52,427 nt of DNA, taken from IMG/VR virus record IMGVR_UViG_3300038678_000203, positions 1-52,427 of that record, one strand, 5' to 3'. Made by a program: the position numbers and the translations under genes. Positions 45,198-52,427 of this stretch are shown piece after piece. The first letter of the stretch is position 1, and every line of letters starts with the position of its first letter. Origin of the DNA: a virus (Duplodnaviria > Caudoviricetes). Under the pieces are notes generated by a model that did not search any database, was not told the origin of the DNA, and was given only the letters and a program-made list of their open reading frames with translations.

Positions 45198-45998
45198 CTA
45201 TTTAATAGGAAATTGCTTAAGATTCAATCCTAAAGTATCTTTCTTGTCGAAGAAAGGAATATTTGCAGCTTTGCATTGATTATACAAAGATTCAATCCAT
45301 TCTTTTTTCATAGGTCGTTTTCCCGGGCCAGTTTCTGGGCCGGTAATTACCCAATCGATCAAATTATTAGCTTCAATATCCATAATAAACTTAGATACCT
45401 TACCTAACAACGGCTCACAACTAACAAACCTTACTTTTACAGGTACATTTAATAGTATAGGAATACGCTTATCAGCCATTTTCTGATTCTCGACTGTAAC
45501 ACCTATCCAAATATTATTTGGTGTATCAATATAATTAAGTAAATTATTAGATTCAGATGGAACAGAATCTAATCCATCATCTTTGCATTTTTGCCCGAGC
45601 CATTTATAAAATTCCAACATTCTTTCAGGTCTTTTTGTAAGTATCTGGAAAGTATGCCTTGGATTTTCACACATAACATCCCATACCTTTAATATCCATT
45701 CAAAAGGAACCGACTCATGAAACAGATCACCCATTGAACAAACAAATATCATTTGTGGTTTTTTCCAGTGAAAAGGTTTTTCTAAGGCAGAATTAACAAA
45801 ATGTGTTGTGCCATCCCATTGGCCACATTCTAGATCAAATGGATGCATTCTTAATGCATTACCATAATAGCCTGTATGTTTAATTCCAGCCAATATCTTT
45901 GCCATCCTTTCAGCATAGCAATTTTTACACCCTTCGGATATTTTAGAACATCCGATTATTGGATTCCATGTTTTGTTAGTCCATTCAATTTTTGTCAT
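45198..45998 (-). CDS. DUF5131 (phage Gp37/Gp68) family protein
   Basis: TKIEWT..TWNP..GC.K.SEGCKNCYA, FVCSMGDLFH, FQILTKRPER and FVSCEPLL motifs. Confidence 0.92.
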   Translation of the reverse strand: MTKIEWTNKTWNPIIGCSKISEGCKNCYAERMAKILAGIKHTGYYGNALRMHPFDLECGQWDGTTHFVNSALEKPFHWKKPQMIFVCSMGDLFHESVPFEWILKVWDVMCENPRHTFQILTKRPERMLEFYKWLGQKCKDDGLDSVPSESNNLLNYIDTPNNIWIGVTVENQKMADKRIPILLNVPVKVRFVSCEPLLGKVSKFIMDIEANNLIDWVITGPETGPGKRPMKKEWIESLYNQCKAANIPFFDKKDTLGLNLKQFPIK

Positions 45999-46009
45999 AT
46001 CTCTAAGTT

Positions 46010-47428
46010 TTAGTTTTCAATTTTATACCTCTCAGCCTGAATTCTCGCCCATCCGTTCTTATACTCTCTCAATCGAGCGTATTCATCAAACTGCCCTCTC
46101 TCAGTAAATCGATGCAAAATATACCCGACTTTATAACCGCGAGCCACTCTGATTTCTTCCATCTCAGCTACCGAAGCCCCCGACATCCTCTTCTCAACTG
46201 ATGAATAATCCATTTCTTGAAGTTCAGCAAATACACGTTCTTTTTCTGTTACCGGCCATTCATACCCACATTCAGAGCACGTTTTAGCCTGAGCAGCGAC
46301 TATGCCACCACATTGAGGACAGAACTTTACGGGAAATGCATCTAACTTATTCCTTGATTTCTTCGTAGCAGGCTCAAGTGACCACTTACGCTCAATGTGC
46401 CAATATCCGAACCGCTGTACGTTCATTCCGAAATCTAGTATCTTAAAAGTGTTCTTGCCGGGCGCAACCCTAGAAGCTCGACCCAACATTTGAAGGTAAA
46501 GAGGAAGTGAAGTGGTTGCCCGGTACAATACAATACATTCAATACCCGGATGATCATAGCCTGTTGTGGTAATTCCTACGTTAGTAATCACGCTCCCATT
46601 GGTTGATTCGAATTCTGAAAGGGTGGCGGCCCGCTCAACTTTTCCCATGCTTCCGTCTATATGCAGACATCCTAAATCACGAGCAACCTGAATACTACTA
46701 TTTACCGAAGGGCAAAATATCATAGTTTTTAATCCCGAAGCATGTTTAGCTAGGTTTTCCTTCAACCCTGAGAATACCTTAGTTTCACTATAAAGTCTCT
46801 CCATATCCTTTTCATCAAATTCACCGGCTTTCATCTTCAATTTGGAAAGATCGACTGATACGCCGAAGTATGAGGGTTTAGATAGATATCCCTGACTGAT
46901 TAAGCTTTCGATGCTTGGCCCCTCAACTATCGTAGTATAGAAATCACAGAGCGGTGACTTTTTACCTTGTCTTATCGGAGTTGCTGTTGCTCCGATTACA
47001 TAACACTCATCTTTAAAGTACTGAAACATAGGATCATGAGTGCGTTTGTGACATTCATCTGCTATCACCAAATCAACACGCTTCAGTAACATAGCGAAAT
47101 CCAGACGTGATTTACATCTTCGCTTTATAGTCTCAATCATTCCAATCATCACCAGCCCGTTTGGTATTGCCTTGGTTTGAGCAGTAATATTCTCATACTG
47201 AATACCAACTTTATCAAATGTACCTCCTGTTTGAGAAAGTAATTCTACCCGGTCAGTTAGGATTAAGCATTTCAATCCTTTTTCGGATGCTGCTTTTACG
47301 ATAAAAGAGAACATTACAGTTTTTCCAGAGCCTGTTGGACTCATCATAACTACCCGATTATGCCCGATTTTGAACACTTTTCGGATATTTTCGATGATTT
47401 TTGACTGATATTCTCTGAGTTTTATCAT
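46010..47428 (-). CDS. Superfamily 2 DEAD/DEAH helicase with C-terminal zinc ribbon
   Basis: PTGSGKT, DECH, TATP, QMLGRASR and CPQC...CSEC motifs. Confidence 0.92.
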   Translation of the reverse strand: MIKLREYQSKIIENIRKVFKIGHNRVVMMSPTGSGKTVMFSFIVKAASEKGLKCLILTDRVELLSQTGGTFDKVGIQYENITAQTKAIPNGLVMIGMIETIKRRCKSRLDFAMLLKRVDLVIADECHKRTHDPMFQYFKDECYVIGATATPIRQGKKSPLCDFYTTIVEGPSIESLISQGYLSKPSYFGVSVDLSKLKMKAGEFDEKDMERLYSETKVFSGLKENLAKHASGLKTMIFCPSVNSSIQVARDLGCLHIDGSMGKVERAATLSEFESTNGSVITNVGITTTGYDHPGIECIVLYRATTSLPLYLQMLGRASRVAPGKNTFKILDFGMNVQRFGYWHIERKWSLEPATKKSRNKLDAFPVKFCPQCGGIVAAQAKTCSECGYEWPVTEKERVFAELQEMDYSSVEKRMSGASVAEMEEIRVARGYKVGYILHRFTERGQFDEYARLREYKNGWARIQAERYKIEN

Positions 47429-47949
47429 AGTGATACACCCATCAGTCTATAAATTCTACGCCTATAAGTTTTATGCCTTCTAGCAAATTCACTTATATTT
47501 ACTATTTTACCATGTTCATATAATTTACCTTTATGCATCATAGTGTCAATTAATTCTTTCAATTCTTCATTCGTTAATTGATATTTTTCTTTTTCTCTTT
47601 TTTGTTCAAATTCATCTACTTTTTCTGCATATCTTATGTAAAAATTATTTTTTCTTTTAGCCTCTTCAATTGAAGTATAAAGCTCAATTATACTTTTTAC
47701 CTCTTCAATAGATAATTGAAACCATTCACCCCAAATTCTTCTTGCTGAATATTTTTTATGTAATGTTCTTTCAAGCTCATTTGCCTCTGGAGTTATGATA
47801 AAACCTAAAAGCTCACCTCCATAAGGAGCGTAAGTTTGAAAAGCTCTAAATCTTAATATAGGACTTTCATGTTCTGAATAGCCAATTTTCACTGGCTCTA
47901 ACCTGTTATGCTTAAAAAAATAAACACATCCATTCCTTTTTTCTTCCAT
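47425..47949 (-). CDS. GIY-YIG-like (T5orf172/MUG113) domain protein
   Basis: G.VYF, VKIGYS and LE..LH..Y...R..GEWF motifs. Confidence 0.8.
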   Translation of the reverse strand: MEEKRNGCVYFFKHNRLEPVKIGYSEHESPILRFRAFQTYAPYGGELLGFIITPEANELERTLHKKYSARRIWGEWFQLSIEEVKSIIELYTSIEEAKRKNNFYIRYAEKVDEFEQKREKEKYQLTNEELKELIDTMMHKGKLYEHGKIVNISEFARRHKTYRRRIYRLMGVSL

Positions 47950-47979
47950 AATGTTACAATTTTATTGTAATTAGTGTGT

Positions 47980-48012
47980 GTAAATGTAACAAAAAAGTAA
48001 CACAATTGCAAG
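47980..48012 (-). promoter_or_regulatory. Promoter-like motif upstream of GIY-YIG/helicase operon
   Basis: CTTGCAA...TACATTTAC with the family spacing. Confidence 0.5.
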
Positions 48013-48013
48013 T

Positions 48014-48373
48014 ATGCATCAACCTAAAAATCGTTATAACTCACTGAGATTTAATACTTTAAACACTACTTAGTTCATCTTGCAGCAACCTGCATCAACC
48101 TTGAAAAACAAGGTGGGTACATACCTAGACTTAGTCTCCCTAAGAGTGTAGAGCGCTGTAACAACCGTAGCATCAAAACCGCCTATACTTACCAGAGAGA
48201 GAGGGTGTACTTTACTGTACCCTACTGTATACTATATATTATATATATTATATATTATATTAAATAGTAGTTGTTACAGTTGTTACACGCTCTGTGACGT
48301 TAGCGAGACTAAGCGCGATTATGTACCCACCTTCAGCGTTTAAGTTGCTGCATGGTTGGTACGGTTGGTACGG
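48014..48373. other. Putative replication origin: large imperfect palindrome with iterons and AT-rich core
   Basis: Nested inverted repeats around a TA-rich centre at 48233-48265; non-coding; next to the primase gene. Confidence 0.7.
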
Positions 48374-48515
48374 GATTGTTGATTGTTTTTAGTATTACTT
48401 AAAGCTTTCTTCAAATATCTCCGGTACTTATTGCCCGCTGGATATACTGTTTTCTGCTTTTTGAATAGATTAGTTATAAATTTAAGTAGCTTCATAATCT
48501 AAAGTTATTAATGAT

Positions 48516-50771
48516 TTAAAAAGGCAATTCATCAGTATCCACAGGTTCTGGTGCAGTTTCCCTTCCATACTCTTCAATCCTAACCTCATGAACCCAGAAG
48601 CCCCGAGTGTTATTCCCATCGATTCGCTTCTGAGCTTTAACATATCCCAGGTTTTTGAGTGCTATTGAAAGTTTTTGCTGGCTCAGGCGAATACCTGATT
48701 TTTGTTCTATACCTGATCTGATTTCTGAAGATGAGTAAAATTTAGCGAACGAATCGCCCTCTTCAGCTTTAGTGAAGTATTTCAAGGGCAGCTCCATCTC
48801 TGGGGCTACTTGATTTGCATCGAAGCAAACTTCATTCAGACGGACAATATCTTCTTTATTCAGAAACCAACCTTTTTGATTGTCTCGGAATTTCCAGTAT
48901 AGTTCTATGAAAAGTTCTGTTTTATCTATTTTTGCAAATTTTGCAAGATCAATAGAATCTACCTGAATTGGTATTATGCGCCTATTACCTGTTAGATCGT
49001 TTATAACGTGTTCTTCGTTCGTTGTGCCACAAAGTACAGCCAAGCGCTGGATATCTTCAAAATAACGCCCCCAAGGCTTACGAATAGTAAATTTATCCTT
49101 ACTTATCATCTCTTTGAAGCGTTTCTCATCAGATTTCGATTTTCCGCCGAATTCATCATCGAGAATTAAAAGTTTACAACACATCAACTGACCTATATCA
49201 GCCTCGTTTTTCATATCCAGCTTATTGATAGCAAATAGCCAGCGCAACTCTTCAGGAAGTAACTCTCTGAAGAAATTAGTTTTACCCGTTCCCTGCTCTT
49301 GTCCGGTAAGTACAAGGCAAAGAATTGAATAAATACCGTGCGCGCTGGCTATAATTGAGATCAACCACTTTTCTAAGTAATACTCTACAAACTGAGAATC
49401 CTTAAAATTCAGGCTACTATTAATGCACTCTGCTAGTTTAGTAACGTTTCCGGTAGTTTTTATGTGTTTATTTTTTTCTATCCACTCGAATATAGGGTTG
49501 TACTTGGGGGTAAAGTCAGAATTAATCAAATCAAACACTTTATCTTTGTTTGATTTCTCAGATACTACTTTGATGGACTTGAGATAAATTGAGTTGAGTA
49601 CATAGTCGTTCATCATTTCGCCGTCAACTTCGACAATACCTGTTATTTCATTATATCGAAATTTATAATTTGATTTCAAAAATATTTCAATGTCATAAAG
49701 CAAACCCTCTTCACTGGCTAACTCTTTGGCGGGCATGTCCCAAATTTGCTTGAGTATATCGTCAACATCCGAGCCCGTTATCCCCTCAAACTCATCGAGA
49801 TATTTTATTGCATCAGCTTTACCATTGACCATCGATCCCGAACCAGATGATTGTTCTTGCTTTCTTCGGATTTTAGCTACTGTCTTAATTTTACTTGTGC
49901 GATCAGACACTAGGTCACAACCCGCTAGTTTAGCATAGTAGAAAAAGGATTTGATAGACGAGCCGCTAGACTTTCCGTTGTCAGCCTTTAAGCAATTATC
50001 ATACTGCTTGTCAGGATTTATTTTTTGTTTTCCATAGTAGTATTGAGAGATAATTTTAAAATAGTCTCGTCCCGATTCACCAAGTTTAGATGCCAGGCCG
50101 AAACTAATCCTAAGCCATGAATAATAATCAGTAGCAATATTAATCTGACGCTCTTTGATTTGATTGATAATGAAATCAATGTCATTCTCTGAATATACGT
50201 GGTAGTTATATTGTTTTTCATTTACAGTCGCTCGCTGTTCTTTTTTCTCGAAGTATTTCCATATAGTCGCCCCGAAATTCAGATGGCAATCCGGATCATA
50301 GGATATGAATCTCAGTCGCCCGATATTTGAGCAATGCATATCCGGAATAATAGAATAGTCATTGATCAGTACTTTCGTAATAGCTTCAAAAGACTCGAAA
50401 TGTTTTACTTTATTGATTTTAAAATAGACTGCCAGTCCTTTACCTCCAAGTGAAGTGTGAATTGCGAATACTTCAGGAATTTCTTTTAGCGATTGAGTGA
50501 TTACTTTGGTTGGCTGCGTCTGATCTTTCTCATCTACATCAATCACCAAGAGTCCGGAATGTTCTGAGAGGTCAGAATCTTTTCTGCCCAAGAATAGTCC
50601 CGAAGCGGTAACTGCATGAATTTTTTGTTTGTCACGTTTACCGGCGCGATATTGTAGGACTTCATCTTGCCATTTTCCTGATATTATGCCTTTGAAATAT
50701 TCTTGAACTGTTAGAGTTGATTGTTTTGGTGAGGTTGCATTTTCGAAGATACTTATTTTATGATCTTTCAT
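48516..50771 (-). CDS. Primase-helicase (BT4734-like N-terminus, PriCT-2, VapE/VirE SF3-type ATPase)
   Basis: HSGL..ID.D, S.GGKG, RLRFISYDP, Y.SWL.I.F.LA, G.EQGTGKT, ILDDE and D.TGNRR motifs. Confidence 0.9.
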   Translation of the reverse strand: MKDHKISIFENATSPKQSTLTVQEYFKGIISGKWQDEVLQYRAGKRDKQKIHAVTASGLFLGRKDSDLSEHSGLLVIDVDEKDQTQPTKVITQSLKEIPEVFAIHTSLGGKGLAVYFKINKVKHFESFEAITKVLINDYSIIPDMHCSNIGRLRFISYDPDCHLNFGATIWKYFEKKEQRATVNEKQYNYHVYSENDIDFIINQIKERQINIATDYYSWLRISFGLASKLGESGRDYFKIISQYYYGKQKINPDKQYDNCLKADNGKSSGSSIKSFFYYAKLAGCDLVSDRTSKIKTVAKIRRKQEQSSGSGSMVNGKADAIKYLDEFEGITGSDVDDILKQIWDMPAKELASEEGLLYDIEIFLKSNYKFRYNEITGIVEVDGEMMNDYVLNSIYLKSIKVVSEKSNKDKVFDLINSDFTPKYNPIFEWIEKNKHIKTTGNVTKLAECINSSLNFKDSQFVEYYLEKWLISIIASAHGIYSILCLVLTGQEQGTGKTNFFRELLPEELRWLFAINKLDMKNEADIGQLMCCKLLILDDEFGGKSKSDEKRFKEMISKDKFTIRKPWGRYFEDIQRLAVLCGTTNEEHVINDLTGNRRIIPIQVDSIDLAKFAKIDKTELFIELYWKFRDNQKGWFLNKEDIVRLNEVCFDANQVAPEMELPLKYFTKAEEGDSFAKFYSSSEIRSGIEQKSGIRLSQQKLSIALKNLGYVKAQKRIDGNNTRGFWVHEVRIEEYGRETAPEPVDTDELPF

Positions 50772-50845
50772 ATTTTACCGGATATTAGGAGAGAGAAATT
50801 AAAAGGGGTTGTTAAGTTAGTGAAAAAATGTCGGTTAACTTATAA

Positions 50846-51184
50846 TCATAAAGCATTTTTCCATAAATAATAAAAATCTTTTGGAACTTTTTTCAATGCT
50901 TCTACCCAATCTTCATCAATTAAATTAGAAATAGAAACAGGGAATCGTCCTATACCATAATTTAAACTACCTCCATTTTTATGTAATTCTGACAAGTATG
51001 ATATAATATTAACAGGCAATTCATTTTTTGTAATTTCTGAATATAATGGCTTTTTTATTTCCCTTACACATTCTTTCATATACCCATTCATTAGAAGTGC
51101 CATGCTGTCTTTGTTCCAGTTTTTTGGTAATCTATGCCAATTATCATCTATATATTTTTTAGCTTTTTCAAATAAATTCTCCAT
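50846..51184 (-). CDS. Hypothetical protein
   Basis: 112-aa ORF. Confidence 0.6.
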   Translation of the reverse strand: MENLFEKAKKYIDDNWHRLPKNWNKDSMALLMNGYMKECVREIKKPLYSEITKNELPVNIISYLSELHKNGGSLNYGIGRFPVSISNLIDEDWVEALKKVPKDFYYLWKNAL

Positions 51185-51188
51185 ATCT

Positions 51189-51446
51189 TCACTTCCTTTT
51201 ATACAATTCAGCGTTTTTATTGTTCACAGTTATATAGTCAACCCATTTTATATTGAAGTTAGTTACATCTGACATATCAATGTCAGGATTTAAATCCTTT
51301 TCCATTTCTAAAGTAAATTTTTCAAGCTCTTTTTTTCTTTTGAAAGGTATTCGAAGATACTTGAACCGGATCAATTTTTTAGAAACTCCGTTAGTTATTT
51401 TAAGTCCTAAGAGGTAGATCATAGTAATTAAGGTATTAATTCCCAT
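51189..51446 (-). CDS. Hypothetical protein
   Basis: 85-aa ORF; start uncertain. Confidence 0.55.
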   Translation of the reverse strand: MGINTLITMIYLLGLKITNGVSKKLIRFKYLRIPFKRKKELEKFTLEMEKDLNPDIDMSDVTNFNIKWVDYITVNNKNAELYKRK

Positions 51447-51733
51447 CCCTTACATTTATGACCTCTTGAGATATTCTTACTAACAGTTCTCTTTTCTACG
51501 CCTAGATACTTAGCCGCTTTAGTACGGCTGTCGAATGTGATAGACGCCCCTTCTTTCTGAATGGTTACTGGTTTTGTTTTACCTTGTATATTTCTTAATC
51601 CATTCTCATATCCTACCGCATAAGCCATATCGATATAAAGATTTAGCAGCTTCATCCAGTGAGGATTGAAGTAATAAGCAGGGTCAGATGAAGCCCTGCT
51701 CTGAAATTCTTGTTTTAATCGCTCTAAGCTCAT
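51428..51733 (-). CDS. NUMOD1-like DNA-binding protein
   Basis: KPV, FDS..KAAKYLGV....V and H.CKGW motifs. Confidence 0.7.
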   Translation of the reverse strand: MSLERLKQEFQSRASSDPAYYFNPHWMKLLNLYIDMAYAVGYENGLRNIQGKTKPVTIQKEGASITFDSRTKAAKYLGVEKRTVSKNISRGHKCKGWELIP

Positions 51734-52152
51734 ACAAATTTCATCATCAACTCAGCACAAATATAAATCCCTGCTGGAATGATAGCCCCAAAGACAAACT
51801 TAAGCCAGTACTTACGCCAAAATCTAATAACAGATTCTTTTCTCTTTTTCTTCTTTTCCTTCGCCTTTCCTGAGAAGTTCTTAAATCCATTTTCCCAAAA
51901 ATCACGGGCATAGTAATAGAAATTAATTAATCCTTCGAGTACTGCCCCGGCGAAAGCCAGCTTTTTTTCACCAATAAAAACTGATCCAATTATCAGAAGC
52001 GATATAATGGCACAAAAAGATAGTGATTGAAATCTCTTTACCACTAAGTTCTCAATACGTGAGAAACCTTCGAAAACATACCAGGTTGTCACTGTCTGAG
52101 TTGATACGATCAGGAATGATATCCCGAAATAAAACCAAAACCAAAAGCTCAT
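51730..52152 (-). CDS. Multi-pass membrane protein
   Basis: About four hydrophobic segments. Confidence 0.7.
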   Translation of the reverse strand: MSFWFWFYFGISFLIVSTQTVTTWYVFEGFSRIENLVVKRFQSLSFCAIISLLIIGSVFIGEKKLAFAGAVLEGLINFYYYARDFWENGFKNFSGKAKEKKKKRKESVIRFWRKYWLKFVFGAIIPAGIYICAELMMKFV

Positions 52153-52334
52153 AATTTTTCTTGTTTTAAAAGTTCGTCGGCGAATTTATAAGATTGTTTG
52201 ATTATAACTTCAACCTTTTCATTATCGGAAAAGACTGATTTAGCTGCTCCAGTTAAAGCAGCACTATTGGCCAATATCCCCTGCATAGCCGCACAAGCAG
52301 CGTAGAATCGTTTTGACATATACTCTCCGCTCAT
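52149..52334 (-). CDS. Conserved small phage protein (AAMQGILAN...ADELL)
   Basis: Motif widespread in phages; absent from the allele at the window start. Confidence 0.75.
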   Translation of the reverse strand: MSGEYMSKRFYAACAAMQGILANSAALTGAAKSVFSDNEKVEVIIKQSYKFADELLKQEKL

Positions 52335-52427
52335 ACCACTTCCCCCTCTCTTTGATTAATAATATCTTCAAGATTCTCTCCGGTTAATTTCTGATACCTC
52401 TTAGCGAATTCCATCCTGTCACGAGGA
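52329..52427 (+). repeat. 99-bp terminal direct repeat (copy 2)
   Basis: Identical to 21-119. Confidence 0.95.

Larger units (their letters stand above)
21..52328. mobile_element. Complete circularly permuted Bacteroidota phage genome (myovirus-type contractile tail, Mu-like head proteins, non-transposable)
   Basis: Terminal redundancy plus terminase, portal, protease, capsid, sheath, tube, tape measure, baseplate, lysis and replication genes; no host housekeeping genes. Confidence 0.93.

Noticed and set aside
47425-47949. Intron-encoded homing endonuclease
   Set aside because: Free-standing gene, and the flanking genes appear uninterrupted
52329-52427. Biological terminal repeat or att site
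   Set aside because: 99-bp length and mid-gene position fit an assembler k-mer overlap; no integrase or flanking host DNA
1-52427. Stop-codon reassignment, tRNA genes, contractile injection system
   Set aside because: Genes are intact in code 11; no tRNA cloverleaf noticed; capsid, portal and terminase show it is a true phage

Overview
The window is an essentially complete, circularly permuted genome (about 52.3 kb; 21-119 repeats as 52329-52427) of a contractile-tailed dsDNA phage that very probably infects Bacteroidota. The host call rests on TAnnTT(T/A)G-type promoters, signal peptides followed by Gln, a BT4734/PriCT-2/VapE primase and DUF2586/DUF6046 tail proteins. Head and neck proteins are Mu-like (DUF935 portal, gpF, gpG, gp36). 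No transposase, integrase, reverse transcriptase, tRNA or CRISPR array was recognised. Replication and recombination appear to use a primase-helicase with an adjacent palindromic origin, an SF2 helicase, an SSB, a Sak/Rad52-like annealing protein and a YqaJ exonuclease. Most genes lie on the minus strand, and three plus-strand accessory islands interrupt the structural module. The most notable observations are: (1) small accessory segments bounded by perfect 13-14 bp inverted repeats reading GTT...AAC, with shared flanking arms, which resemble integron-like cassettes without an integrase; (2) a block of fibre/appendage-like late genes that all carry Sec signal peptides; (3) a candidate small RNA complementary to a translation-start region; (4) a 23-aa proline-rich micropeptide in front of the lysis cassette; (5) two alleles, with and without one gene, visible at the contig ends. 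All family assignments come from motif recognition by eye, not from database searches.
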